Origin: the human T2T-CHM13v2.0 reference genome, Homo sapiens
Length of the DNA: 64,000 nucleotides
Direction: 5' to 3' (one strand)
Assembly (NCBI RefSeq): GCF_009914755.1
Contig: NC_060926.1
Shown here: in pieces, positions 1-15,179 of the stretch
How the letters are laid out: each line of letters starts with the position of its first letter
Numbering within the stretch: position 1 is the stretch's first letter
Made by a program: the position numbers and the translations under genes
The notes under the pieces: generated by a model
Database searches by the model: none
What the model saw: only the letters and a program-made list of their open reading frames with translations
Told to the model about the DNA's origin: nothing

Positions 1-26
1 ATGAGTTCATAGTATTGTTGCCAGAG

Positions 27-593
27 TGTGACAGGAAAAGGGTCCCAGGATGATCCAGACCTCAGGAGAAGGTTCTTGGATCTCACACAAGAAAGAATTC
101 AGGGCAAGTCCACAGTGCAAAGTGAAAGCAAGTTTATCAGCAAAGTAAAGGAATAAAAGAATGACTACTCCATAGACAGAGCTGCCCCAAGGTCTGCTGA
201 TTGCCCATTTTTATGGTTGTTTCTTGATGATAAGCTAAACAAGGAGTGGATTATTCATGCCTCCCCTTTTTAGACCATATAGGGTAACTTCCTGATGTTG
301 CCTTGGCATTTGTAAACTGACATGGCACTGGTGGGAGTGTAGGTGTAGCAGTGAGGATGACCAGAGGTCACTCTCCTGGCCATCTTGGTTTTGGTGGGAT
401 TTAGCTGGCTTCTTTACTGCAATCTGTTTTATCAGCAAGGTCTTTATGACCTGTATCTTGTGCTGACTTCCTATCTCATCTTGTGACTTAGAATGGCTTA
501 ACCCTCTGGGAATGCAGCCCAGTAGGTAGGTTTCAGCCTCATTTTACCCAGCTCCTATTTAAGATGCAGTTGCTCTGATTCACATGCCTGACA
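27..593 (-). mobile_element. Solo ERV1 LTR, MER41A-like
   Basis: TG...CA termini (27 tgtgacagg ... cctgaca 593) with a 4-bp TSD AGAG (23-26, 594-597). Matches the recalled MER41 consensus in reverse (gaattcagggc...gcaagtttat...gtggattattcatgcctcccc...cagcctcattttacccagctcctatt) and lacks the GAS-containing insert of MER41B. Confidence 0.85.
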
Positions 594-1499
594 AGAGGAC
601 TTAATGTACTTTGAAGAGATTATAATTTGCCCATTCTCTATCAATATGGATTTTTTAAATAATGAAAATTGACTTTAGTCAGTGTTTGCATGTCCATATG
701 TATTCTATGCATTTCATGTTCCTATCCTCAGCAGTGACGGAGCCAATGAAAGGAACCAGGTTTCTTGTTTTGAGTCTAATTTTGCCTTTTTCAAGGGGCA
801 GATGTTTTGCATCCCATCTGTTTACTGTGGCAGTACAAAATGTAGTTTTCACTTGCACATATGGAGCTCATTGTGTGGTCCTTTGGCAGGAAAACACGCT
901 CTTGAAAAGTAATGGAGTTGTACTATTTGTAGTATGGAAGTGCCTCAAATTTTGTCTTATACAAGTCACATGAAGAACTTAATTGTGCATAAAATTTGTT
1001 AAATAGCAGAAAGAGAAAAAGTTAGTGTTACTTTTATTGTCAAGATATGTATGTTTTTAAGTAATTTTGTTAAATGTCATTTTGATTATGCAATTTAAAA
1101 CAATGAATACTCATGCTTACCTGACTATATATAGTTTTCACACATGCTGCTGATAGTTCTCATTACTTCTAGATAACAAAACAATAAAATCAGTGAAAAT
1201 GGCATTTCATCATAAAATTCTGATACAATGTATAAAAGTTTTTGGGTTATTTCCCAATAGAAGTTTTAGTAACATGGGACAGACATGAAAAAGATTGAAT
1301 ATGTACCTATAATATTGACTAATTTGGTACTTCAGTGAAGGTAAAATTCTTGTTTTGCACTGCGTCCTCAGTTCACCTGTTTTGGCGGACAACTCTAAAG
1401 CAAGCCAATGTGTATTCCTTCCATGGAGTAGAGGCTGGGAAGAAACTGAGATTATATCTTAAACTAATCATTTGGGTCGTCTTGACTTTCAGTTTCTAG

Positions 1500-1679
<180 letters not shown>

Positions 1680-2377
1680 TAGCTTTTACAGCTGTTGATT
1701 AATTTCAATAAATTTTACTGTCAATTTATGAATTTTAAGTTGAGTCTCTTTAATCACACATGGTTTGCCTAGCTGTTAGCCCTTAGAAATGAAAAGCATA
1801 TTTGTTTCCCTGGCTTATGTACTGAATTGTGAGTCTAAAATTAAGGTACTGTACACCTAGTCTGTGATTCTTCAGTTGTTACAGTACATAATAGCTGATT
1901 AAATTAAATAACAATTAGGAATTCATTAAATTAAATAACTATATAGGAATCTTAGATATCACTTTCACAGCCCACTCATTTCCACATGGTGGTTGCTGTT
2001 GAGGTCAGCAGCCCTAATGCCCTTGGTCTGTGTTGTTGTAATGTCATTCTAGATTTGTAATTTTTTTATATGCTATAGCTGTAAGTGGGTGCTTTGGGTT
2101 CATTAGCTAGCAGTTTCTATTACTTTCTTAAAGAGTGTCAAACTGTTTATTTTTATAAAGCTTTCTCTTGATAACCAATATTTCTCCTTATGAGTACGCC
2201 TAAACAGACTAGAGTGTGGAGGATCCTGTAGGAAGCTGAGGTTTCTTAAAAACTCAGGTGTTCTACTGTTTTAACTGCATTGCACACCTGCTAAAGCTAA
2301 TTTCAGTAGCACACTTTTAGACCCAAACTATAGAAAGGGTTTGGTTGGCTTCCTCCTATGCCTCCTCTTTTTTTTTT

Positions 2378-2500
2378 AAGCAGCTTTTTTGAAGTACAAT
2401 TCAAGTACAGTAAGCTGTATATATTTAATGTGTACAGTTTTGACATATGTATACACCTGTGAAACCATCACCCCAGTCAGAATAATATCATTCCCAAAAG
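2378..2500 (-). mobile_element. Old L1M 3'-end fragment
   Basis: agctttttgaagtacaattc...aatgtgtacagttttgacatatgtatacacctgtgaaaccatcacc resembles an L1M 3' end. Boundaries approximate. Confidence 0.55.
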
Positions 2501-2721
2501 TCTGAGTACTTTTTTGTCACTTTAGCCTTTCACTGCTTCAGTGTTGCCCTCTGGCTACCCAAATGTCCCTTCTGTACAGTACCACAGAGTGAAATTATTC
2601 CTTCTTTCTCAGTCCAAACTGCTGGTCTCTAAGTGCTACTGATCTCAAGTAGCTATTGCTTTATTTAAAGTAATTTGTTAGAGGATATAAATTCTTAGAG
2701 CAGGGGAGGGCATATGTATGA

Positions 2722-3116
<395 letters not shown>

Positions 3117-3489
3117 TAACTCCTGATAGTTTATACATACACAACTGAGTAATTTTGAGAGGCCCAAGGTACTATAGATATTTTACCTCGTAGCCATTAT
3201 ATATTCACGAATCATTAGGAACTGAAGGCAATTCCAGTTTCTGTCATCCTTTTTTACAGTGCTCTTTAGTCATTCTATATTTTGTTACAAGTGTTTATCT
3301 TTTCCTACCTGTGTCCTCTATAAGGAGCTTGGTTAGGACCTTACATATTAGGGTAAAACGAGGTTTTTCTTTTCACTCTTAGGTATCCATAAGACTGACA
3401 AGTAATTTATCCCAAGTCATTGACCTAAGAAGTGTTCTCCATAAAGGCATTTATGGTTGATTTCTAATAGGTTTAATAAAGACTCTAAT

Positions 3490-3670
3490 AGCTTTATAAC
3501 TCTGATGCCCACTATATGATATTAGGCAAATAATTTAACCTATCTAAGCCTTATTTTATCTGTGAAATGGGAGTAATTGTAGTTATTTCATAAAGCTATA
3601 CTGAAAATAAGATACTGCAGGCAAATTACTTGGAACTTTTCTGGTACACTTATAGGAAGCAGTCAGTAAA
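3490..3670 (+). mobile_element. MIR fragment
   Basis: Degenerate MIR core (atatgatattaggcaaataatttaacctatctaagcc...atctgtgaaatgggagtaat). Confidence 0.55.
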
Positions 3671-3995
3671 TTTTAGTCACTTTGTTGGTATAATGAGAGA
3701 TGTTCGTTACTAAGTAGAACCTGACTCTACATTTACAACTTTGCAGTTATTAATATTATTAACAATTTAGTGTGCTGAATGGTCATTTTGTCTTTTTTCC
3801 CTAGAATCTCAAAGTGATCTTTAGACATTGTGACTATTCACTAGAAAAAAACTTATGAAGCTAGGCTACTTATTTAATTGCTTTTTAAACACATTTGACC
3901 AAAAGAGAGGAAAGTTAGGCTTCTAGTTTATTATTTAACCCAGGAAACATGTGCCTTCTTTGGGAGTTGGGTCTTTTTCTTTCACTGCAAAATGA

Positions 3996-4112
<117 letters not shown>

Positions 4113-4899
4113 TAGAATTTCTAATATTCTTACTTTAAAAAATATTCAGTTCAGTAAAATGCTAGGGAGAGACATGGTATGAATAATATGAGAGTACTTG
4201 AGGTTTCTTTAAAGTTTCTATGTCTTTGAAATAGCTGTTACTGAGGTAGATAGTTAGGTTGTGGTAGTAGCCACTAGAAGCTTACTTTGACACGCCTGCC
4301 TAGAAATGGAGCCCAGGCAACCTTCTGAGGTCTCAGGGACCTCATGTTATCAGAGAATAGCCCAGCTTGCCTGGGAGGTACTTGACCATTACAGCAAACG
4401 TTTTTAAAGGATGATGGGGAAGAAAACCTACATAAATGTTTTTCAGCCACTATCGGAATGTAGCTGGTCATCAGTTATATAATATATTGAAGGGCTGTTT
4501 GTTCTGCCCACCCAAAGCTCAGCAAATTAATCAAGACAGGATATGAGAAAAATCTTTTTTCAAGGTTTTAATGCTGTTTTGTTATTACTTAGTGGTCATT
4601 TTGGTAAGTATCGAGTGTTGTCAGAATTTATCACATCACCAATAAAAATTATTACAATATGTCTATCTTTGTTACTAGCATGCTTATGAAAATAATGAGG
4701 CAACCCTTTAAAACTTAAACAATGGCCATTCTGTTATTAAAATGGCAATGTTTGAGGTTATCCACTTGTTCTGTAGAATAGAAATTTGTTCTTAATATAT
4801 CCCTCAATATAATTTGATGCCTAGGAAAATAGAAATGTGTAGATTTTTAAATAGTTTTTAGGAAGCACAGTGACAATAACCACCTAATTTAAAAATTCA

Positions 4900-5130
4900 A
4901 CTGCTCTGGACTCCTTATATCCTTTTTTTCCTGTTTAATTTTCATTCATAGCACTTATTATTATCTAATATGCTGTATATTTGTACTTTTTAAAATTTTG
5001 TCTTCCTACTGCAAAGTGAGAATCCATGAGGACAGGAATTCTAGTTTTGTTTGTTGCTATATGGTAGCACCTAGAACAGTGCTTAGCCCCAGTCAGCCCT
5101 CCATACATTGATGCAGAATGAATGAAAGAA
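4900..5130 (+). mobile_element. L2 3'-end fragment
   Basis: catagcacttatt...tccatgaggacagg...gcacctagaacagtgc...gaatgaatgaa is typical of an L2 tail. Confidence 0.6.
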
Positions 5131-6507
5131 TTCTGTTGGAAAAGGAGTGGACTATGGAAGGTGTGTGTCCACATCATATTCTTACAGCAAGGTCTGGAAA
5201 AGATTGCTAATGTTGATGAATAAAGTAGCTCCCAACGTCATTGTGTCAATTTAATCTTTTGCTATACTTTTCTCTTAACCCCCACAAATGAATTCTTAAC
5301 TTAGCCAATAGCATTGAAGATAATATGCTCCTCTCTCCTTTTTCTATTTATTATCCTTTCATTTGATGGTGGTTCTCATGAATGCTAGCATAACAAAAAT
5401 GGAAAAGGGAGGGAAATGAATATTAGAAACCTCTCAAGTGGAATTAAAAGCTTCCGATTACTCTAAAAGTCCAAACCTAATTTTGGAAATTTGAATGAGG
5501 AGTTACTTAAAGATACTTAGATTTTAGCACCTTCCTGTAAAATTTTCAGAAAGCCATATACATTATTTTAAATATTTTTTATTCTGTTTCAAAATGACAC
5601 TGTATTAATATTCAGGGAACTTTAATATATATAAATATATCATGAATTATTCGTTTGTTTTTTGTCTAAATTGATTACATGGGACAGAGGAAGCGAAATG
5701 ATTTAGCCATAATTACTTGTTTGAAGAAAAATTAAAACTTTCCCAGTGTAGCCAACAAATTTGCCCTTTGGTATGTGTCAGCAGCCAATAGTTTACTTTC
5801 TCTTTTAAAATCAAGAAATGTGGTTTCTGTGTTTATAATGGTAAATATGGGGGAGAAGTGATTCTGCAAGAGGGTGAGAGCAGCTGAATCATATATATAA
5901 CAAGGAAATAGAGGCTTAATTGTCTTTAGGTAATTGGTTATTAGATGAGCTGTTTCCTTAATTGTGGGATGATGTTCTCAGTTTATTCAATCTTTATACA
6001 GTGTCAGAAATTCTCTAGAAGTTGGAAATGACCAAATGACTGCATGCATTACAGAGGAAAACCAAACCAACAGTTTTTTCCTCGGCCAGTGACTCTGCTT
6101 CTTTAGGGTCTATGAGGAAATTCAAGTCCCTCTAATAGTGTCTATTTGTAAGATGCAGAAAGTGTAATATGGCAGAACTGCTGATTTTACTTATTCAGAT
6201 GTACCCCAGACACTGAGAGCTTCTTGGTAGGCTCTAACAGAGTCTGTGTAAACATACTTGAAATAATATATTCATAAAGCTGTCATTACAGAAAAAAGGA
6301 AATATGCACAAATATAAAATAATAGAATTAACCAACTCCAGTGCAAATCTGTTTGAAACCTGGATTTCATTTGTGAGAGCTATGGTAATAGTCCATTATA
6401 GTAATCAATTCACAGAAATAAAAGTTAATTAACAAATAGTTAGAAAATGTTAATTTATAAGATCATGTTTATTCAATTCTTGATCACAAAGCAAATAATG
6501 TAAATAG

Positions 6508-6786
<279 letters not shown>

Positions 6787-7434
6787 TGTTATATTTTTTG
6801 ATACAAAGTATGCTTAATACCTTTTAATGTTGTATAATCTGTTTTCCATATTATAAGTACTACTGGTCTACTAGGCAATATGGTTTCAAAGAATGGCAGT
6901 CCTTCCCGTGAAGGGCCTTATAGTCCAGTAGAATAAAATATTATACCATTTCAAAAGCTACTGACAAAAACTGATGGGATTATATTATTGCTACTTTAAG
7001 GTAAGAGTCTGCCCTTTTCTTTGAAGAGCATTCAAAAGATGCCTTTAATAAACATGTAAATGCTATAGATGCTGAAACAGTGAAGAGAAAGGGGATAGAA
7101 TAAAGGAAAAGAATTAACATTTATAAAGCTGTGAATATTTGCCTAGGTGTTCTGCATACTTAACCTCTTTTAATTCTGCTTAATGCAGTGGAATAGATAT
7201 TATTCCTGTCTTTCACATGAAGATGCTAAGGTTCTGAATATAAAGTAACTGGCCCAAAAATCAGTAATAATTGTTAGTGCCAGAATTTGAATTTGAACTC
7301 AGGTCTTCCTGCCTCAGTATCCTTGTCCTCTTAATTAAAAGCCTAAAATGTCTGGAATGAGTAAAATCTAAAAAGATTGAAAATGACAGGCTTTGAGAAG
7401 AGACATGTAATTAATTTTTTTTTAAATGTATATG

Positions 7435-7735
7435 GGCTGGGCATGGGGGCTCACACCTGTAATCCCAACACTTTGGGAGGCCTAGGCGGGTGGATTGCTT
7501 AAGCTCAGGAGTTCGAGACCAGTCTGGGCAACATGGCAAAACCCCATCTCTACAAAAAATACAAAACTTAGCTGGGCATGGTAGCATGTACCTGTAATCC
7601 CAGCTACTCAGGAGGCTGAGGTAGGAGGATTGCTTGACCCTGGGAGGTTGAGGTTGCAGTGAGCCATGATCACATCATTGCACTCCAGCCTGGGTGACAG
7701 AGCAAGTCCCTGTCTCAATCAATCAATAAAAGGAA
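7435..7735 (+). mobile_element. AluJ-like element
   Basis: ggctgggcatgggggctcacacctgtaatccc...ggattgcttaagctcaggag...cactccagcctggg, followed by an A-rich tail. Confidence 0.92.
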
Positions 7736-8339
7736 AATAAATATTATACATTACTATTTTTATTTTAAAATATAAAATCTGTTTCTTTAGTGAATTAAAA
7801 TTTTAATTTCCTCATCATAGATATTTTTATTGTTTTCTCAGTTCTTTCCCATAAGTCAATTTTACTTTCTGGTTGCTTTTATACTTCCTGATTGTAGGTT
7901 CCTAACATGTCAGCAGTATCAGGTAATAGAACAAATGGCGGTCATATCATGTTACATTAAAGCTATGTGTATAAGTTATGTGCATTTTTCAGGTTCTAGG
8001 TTTATAGGCCTTCTTTTATTGAAGACTCCCAATTTGGTGAAATAATTTATTTTTTAGGAATTATTGGGTTGAAGTTGAATCTAGCAACGTTTGATGGCAT
8101 ATTAATTTATTTAGAGGTTTTGCCTCATTTAAATAGAAATCTTTTATGTCTATCCTATTTCTTGTATTTTTATTTTCTATGTGGTCAAAATATGACCGCA
8201 TGGAAACAGACTCTGAAATACCTGGTTTTCTCTAGTGCTTAGAAAAAGAAACTTTGATAAGTCTGAATACAAAACATACTTTAGGTATGCTGATAAAATG
8301 AAGATGCTTTCCCTTTTCTATTTTTTTTCTCTTCTAAAT

Positions 8340-9055
8340 TGCTAAATATTGGAGTCTTCCAGGGCTCAGCCCTCAGACCTTCATTTCTCTATATTCACTC
8401 ATTTATTTGATGATTATCTCAAGTTTCACAATTTAAAAGACCATCTGTATGCTAACTCCCAGATATCAAAAGATAACACCTCTATACCACTACCCTAGTT
8501 GCAATCACTATTTTCTGCAGTAGCCTCCTAACTGGTCTTTCTTCCACTCTGCTACTGTATTCTCATTTCTCTTGCTGCTCGATTAATCTGTTAAAAAAAT
8601 CAATGGTTTCTTCTCACATTCAGAACAAAATGAAAACTCCTTATCATGACCTTCAAGGATACATTGTATATCACTCTGTCCTCAGCTTTGATTACTTTGT
8701 ACCTCTAGCAGCATTGGCCTTCTTGCTATTCCTCAGACATACTAATCCCTTTTCCCATTCAAGGCCTTTGCTGTTTGTTCCCTCTTTTTATAATGTTCTT
8801 TCTTTTGTCCTCTCCTTCAGATATTTGCATGACTCACTTTCTACCATTGTTTAGGTCTCTAATAAAAATGTCACCTTCTTAGAGGGATCTTCCCTGTCCT
8901 CTTGTGTAGTTTCTGTAATCCCCATTTGAATTAAATTTATTGAGGTTAATGACTTTATCTTGTTTGTCACTGTATTTCTCACTCCCTAAACAGTGACTGG
9001 CTGCTCTACATAGTTCAACATCATAAATGCTCAATGAATATGTTAAATGAGTGGA
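8340..9055 (+). mobile_element. L2 fragment
   Basis: Diverged L2 ORF2/3'UTR motifs (ggagtcttccagggctcagccctcag; agcctcctaactggtct; atgctcaatgaatatgttaaatgagtg). Confidence 0.6.
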
Positions 9056-9121
9056 TAAGTGCATGCCCAAATAAATGCTCACAGAATTTGAGCAGTTTTG
9101 CAAATTCTCAAATAGCTCTGA

Positions 9122-9476
<355 letters not shown>

Positions 9477-9480
9477 TAGT

Positions 9481-9784
9481 TGGCTGTGGTTCACACCTGC
9501 ATTCCAAACACTTTGGGAGGCCCAGGCAGAAAGAGTGCTTGAGCCCAGGAGTTTGAGACAGTCTGCGCAACATAGCAAGACTCTATCTCTACAAAAACTA
9601 AGAAAAAAAACTAGCTCACTGTGGTGGCACATGCCTATAGTCCTAACTACTTGGGAAGCTGGGGCGGGAAGATGGCTTGAGCCCAGGAGGTTAAGGTTGC
9701 AGTGAGCTGGCATCGCACCACTGCACTCCAGCATGGGTGATAGAGAGTAAGATCCTGTCTCTTAAAAAAAAAGAAAAGAAAAAA
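9481..9784 (+). mobile_element. AluJ-like element
   Basis: Sense Alu with A tail; TSD gcagtagt. Confidence 0.9.
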
Positions 9785-10079
9785 GGCAGTAGTCTCGTAG
9801 TTAATTTAGCTTAACATTTGGTAACTAGGCCTAAATATTGAATAGAGGGTCATATTTAGTCATAGAAAGTCTCAGTTTATTCTCTAATATTTCTGGGAAA
9901 GCATATTAGCAGAGTGAGTTAGTTATTCACTGGAGAAGTAGGGTAAAATAATGTGCATTTTTCTGCAACTCCATACCACCAACCATTTAGTGTTCTTCCA
10001 TAAATGCATTAAGTATGTAAGGTTTCATTCGAACTTTTTGTCTTAAAACCAATATAAATTTGAGTGGCTGAACAACAGA

Positions 10080-10290
10080 GGGGAAATAATGTAGGCTATG
10101 GAATCAAATCTATATTGGATTCCTGGTTTTGCATTTAACTGTGTGACCTTAGGGAAATAATTTCTCTGACTTACACTTTCCTCACCTGCAAAATGGGAAT
10201 AATGGTACCTGTCTCATATGTTTATTGCAACACTTAACGTGTTAATCTATGTAAAACATCTAAATGCCTTACATTTAGTAAGTGCTTAAA
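10080..10290 (+). mobile_element. MIR
   Basis: MIR core actgtgtgaccttagggaaa...ttcctcacctgcaaaatgggaataatggtacct. Confidence 0.7.
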
Positions 10291-11474
10291 AAACAATAGT
10301 TTTGTTTGTTTGTTTGTTTGTTTTTAATAATAGCAATAAACAGCACCAGGTGGCAATCTGTTTGGCACTCTTGCCTTAACCATTAAAGAAAGGATTACAG
10401 TGTATTTGAGAAAGATCCATACATTCAAGGGATATGATTCAACAATAGTTTTAACACTTCATTTATAAACTACAGTTGATCTCACCCTATAGGAAAGTTT
10501 CTTACAATCAGCATGAAAGAAAAATAAATTTCCTTCACAGTATTGGCTATGAAATTTGCTATCGAAGAATGTTATTTTCATAATAGCTTTTCTGTTTATA
10601 GGTAATCATATAATTTGTATATTTCAAATGCCTGCTGCTATTCAGTATAATTTCATAAAGCAGAAACCTTTTCAACATAAATTTTAAATAATGTTTTTAG
10701 TTACCTTACTAAACTTATTCAATGCTAGAGCTTTTGAGAGATCACTTATTTTTATGTATAGAAAAGATTTTTCTTGATTTGCACCCTGAACTTAAAACTC
10801 AAGTTGAACTCATAGTAGCGTCTTTATTTACTGACCTTCAGGCAGTGTCATGACACTCTCAGTACCACTTTTGAGTTCCAGAGTAAAAGGGCCAGGGGTT
10901 GGGAGAATATTGATGCAATTTCTCTTAGAGGGTTTGGCCTGTAATTGTGATTAATAACAGTTGCTTTCACTATCTGGCAACAGGCTGGTTTGTCTGCCTA
11001 CAATCATGCTGTGATAAATGGAGCTATGTTAACTCTGGTTTTGTGTATCAGAGAAAACAGATGTAGTCTGGAACTGGAGGCTATAGGAAATATAAAGCCT
11101 ACTTAACTTAATCTTCATAGTGCTTGTTTTTGTAACTGATGAGCTGGTCAGTTTCAATAGCAAAGTTTATGTCAGCCATGTATTTAATTTCAATTTATGA
11201 CTTAAGTTTTTAAGTTGTTCATTTGCTAAAATCATACCTAAGTCCTTGTCAGGAAGTTAAAAACCTTGATTAAGTATAACCAGCCTTAGTTTAAATATTG
11301 ATTTTTTTTACCTAACCAAAATTACTCCCTATTATAATTATAGGGCAGCTGCTGTTACCTTTTTTTGGTAGTCTTACCAGAATCTAATAGTATTAGAAAC
11401 TTTAAAAGTAAAAGGAAACTACTCAAAGAAGCTGAACAAAAAAATCAGTTTAGGGCCATTTGTTAATTTGTAGT

Positions 11475-13350
11475 GTGAAACAAAAGGCATATAGATTGGA
11501 AAGGAGGAAGTATAACTATCCCTATTTGTAGGTGCCATTATTGACTATATAGAAAATCCCAAAGAATGTACAAAAACAGAGTCAGCAAGATTTCAGGATA
11601 CAAGATCACACACAAAAATCAATTACATTTCTAAATACTAACAATTAAGCATATAGAAACCAAATCTAAAATATAATACCACTTGCAGTTGTTCCAAAGA
11701 AAATGAAATAGGCATAAATCTAGCAAAATATATACCGAATTTGTATTCTGAAAATTACAGAATCTTGATGAAAGAAATCAAAAAAGACCTAAATAAATGA
11801 AGAGACATACAGTATTCATGGTTTGGTAGAAAACTCAACATAGTAAAACTGTCAGTTCTTTCCAAATTGATCTATCTGTTTAGTGCATTTTCTGCCAAAA
11901 TTTCAGCAAGATGTTTAAATAGATATAGAAAATATTATTCTAAAATTTATATGGTAAGGAGAAGGAACTAGACAGCTAAAACAAATTTGAAAAAATGAAT
12001 AAAGTAAAAGCAGTCAATCTACCTTATTTCAAGACTTACTATATAGTTACAGTAGTCATGACTGTGTGTTATTGGAGGAGGACACATAGATCAGTGGAAC
12101 AGAATAGAGAACCCAGAAATAGAGCACACAAATATGCCAAGCTGAGTTTGACGAAAGTACAAAAGCAATCTAGCGGAGGAAGCATAGCTTTTTCAACAAA
12201 TAGTACTGGGCGGAGGGGGCGGGGGGAAGAACTCTGACCTAAATCTCATACCTATACAAAAATTTAACTCAAAATGAATAATGAACTTAAAAGTAAAACA
12301 AAACTATAAAACCTTTAGAAAAATTTAAAGAATATCTTCAGGATCTAGAGCCAGGCAAAGAATTCTTAGACCGGACACTAAAAGTACAATTTATAAAAAA
12401 TTGATAAACTGGATTTTATCAAAATTAGAAACTTTTGCTCTATGAAGGACTCTGTTAGGATAAAAAGATAGGTTATAGAGTAGGAGAAAATATGTGCAAA
12501 CCTTATATCCAAGAAAAGACATATCTATTATATATAAATCTCATAGCTCATTAGTAAAAAGCAAATACTTTAATTAGAAAATAGGCAAGAGACATGAAGA
12601 AAAATTTCACTGAAGAAGATATACAGATGGCACATAATCACATGAAAAAATGTTCAACATCGTTAGCTATTAGGGAAATGAAAATTAAAGCCACAGGAGA
12701 TATCACTACACACCTATCAGAATGGCTAAAATAAAAAAATAGTGACAATATCAAATTCTGCCAATGATGCAGAGAAACTGAATCACTCGTACATTGCTTG
12801 GGGGAATGTAAAGTGGTACAGCCATTCTGGAAAACAGTTTGGCAGTTTCTTATGAAACTGAACATGTAATCACCACTCAACCCAGCAAATGCACATGTGA
12901 GCATTTGTACCAGAGAAATGAAAACTTATGTTCACATAAAAACCTTAACATAAATATTCATAGCAGCTTTATTCATAATAGCATAATAGACCCAAACTGG
13001 AAACAGCCCAGATGTCCTTCAGCTGGTGAATGACTGCCTACACATACTGTGGTACATCCATACCATAGGAATACTACTCAGCAATAAATAAAAACAATGA
13101 ACTATCGATACATGCAACAACTTGGAATAACTCTCCAGGGAATTATGTTAAGTGAATAAAATCCATCCCAAAAGGTTACATACTGCCTGGTTCTATTTCT
13201 ATAACATTTTTGAAATGACAAAATCTTAAGAGTAAAAAAAAGATTAGTGATTTCCAAAAGTTGAGGCTGGAGAGGGTGTGACTGTAAACAGCGCAGGGAT
13301 CCTTAGTTTGATAGAACTGTTCTTGACTATATCAGTGTCAATGTCTTATT
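11475..13350 (+). mobile_element. 5'-truncated old L1 (L1MC-like), ORF2 3' part plus 3'UTR
   Basis: Degenerate ORF2 relics (ctatttgtaggtgccattattgactatatagaaaatccc; caggatacaagatc; gacctaaataaatgaagagacatac; aaaatgttcaacatcgttagctattagggaaatg) and an L1MC-type 3'UTR (ggatccttagtttgatagaactgttcttgact). Explains ORFs 11995, 12638 and 12839. Confidence 0.85.
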
Positions 13351-14857
13351 CCTTTGATAGCTACCAGATGAGTTTAGCCTTTCCAACACTGAATCTTTAT
13401 CAGATTACTATAAGATAGAAAATTTGTTTTGCCTTTTAATTTTTTCAGTTTCTTTGACTGGCCTTTTCTAACAAAACGTATATGTTGATTATAATATTTT
13501 TCCATTGAAGCAATGTTGTAGTTAGAGTGTAAGAACATACTGTGGAAACCAACTTAACCCACAATTTAACTGAACATTAAACTATTAATATTTCAGCTGT
13601 AGCATAGGTTAAACAGATTTGAGAGCTGACAGAAAAATCTGTAGCAAGAAGATACTGATCCCTGCTCCCCACCCCACCATCCCCCCACCCCTGTGTGACT
13701 ACAGGGGCCAAGCCCAAGACAAAAGGGCCAGGGACAACATTGTGTTGGCTGTCTCTTACCACATGCTGTACCTTTAGTAGCTTCTAGCCTCAGGTATATC
13801 ACCAGGAGAGTGAGTATAGGTGGCTTGGATAATATCACTTAGCTTTGGATCTCTAAAGAGAACTTTTTCTCTTTGACAATTTTATGTCTATAACTTAAAA
13901 ATAATATGTTTGTTAATCTGAGAATGCCTGTATTACATTATTACATTGTTACAGAATACTTTTATAGTTAGTTTCATGTGATTAGCAAACAGTTAATCCT
14001 GGGAAGAGGTTGGTTGTCCCCTCTAACACTACTTTCTTACATAATCCAGCAGTAGTTTGGTCAGATTAAATTAAATCTTGAAATACAAAGTCAATGCTCA
14101 GATCACTCGTATAAGCAGCTAAGTCTGGGTTTTCTTCTTAAAATCTGACCTATAGAATAGTGCTAAAGAGATATCCAGGATACTCAAACTAGAACTTTCA
14201 AAATATAGTTGTTATAATGGTTAGATGCTTTTTGCTTTGGCTGAAGTCTACTTCTGAGCTTCACCTTCAATGATCTTCTAAATGTATGGCCCATTTCATA
14301 ATTTGTTCTTTTTAATAAGTCTATAATCTTTTTGACTTATAATCAAATGTGTGATTCAAAAAATTAAAATTTAGCTAGAGACCTCTGTGACCAGCAGACG
14401 CTGGATTTATCCCTTTTAGATTAGGACTGTTTGGTAGTTTCTGCTAAATCTTCAATCCGTTAAGCCTCAAAGAGTAGTTTCAGAAAATTTTTGGTGGCCA
14501 GATTGGCCTCCATGTCCACATTTTCCATGTACATCATTTTATCTCTTATACCTTGCGTACATGTCTGTTCATTCATTTATGCTGTTGATCATACCACAAC
14601 TTCTTTCTTGCATTCTTTCTTGAATCTCTTAGCATCCAGGGGAATAGTGAGCCTGTAATTTGAAAAACTGTACTTGAAAGTTTTCATATTCTCTGTTCCA
14701 AAAGTAAAGTTTTAAAAATGTACTATGTGTTGTGGAAGAATACACACAACTTGTTTGATCCAGTCTCTATATACATTATTAGAAATTAAATTGTAAAACA
14801 GTGAACTCCATTTTTAATTTAAGCACAGCCCCCCACCCCCCGCCCCATTAGTTTTCT

Positions 14858-15179
14858 TTCTTTTCTTTTCTTTTTTGTTTCTTTTTTTTTTGTGAGCTAT
14901 GGAGTCTCGCTCTGTCACCTGGGCTAGAATGCAGTGGCATGATCTGGACTCACTGCAGCCTCAAACTTCTGAGCTCAAGTTCTCCTTCCGCCCAATCTCC
15001 TGAGTAGCTGAGACTGCAGATGCGTGCCGCCACATCCAGCTTATTTTTTATTTTTTTATTTTTATTTTTTTAGAAATGGGGTCTCACTATGTTACCCAGG
15101 CTGGTCTTGAACTCCTGGGCTTGAACACCTCAGCCTCCCAAAATGTTGGGATTACAAGCATGAGTCACTGTGCCTGGCC
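14858..15179 (-). mobile_element. AluJ-like element
   Basis: Antisense Alu with TSD tagttttct (14849-14857, 15180-15188). Confidence 0.9.
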
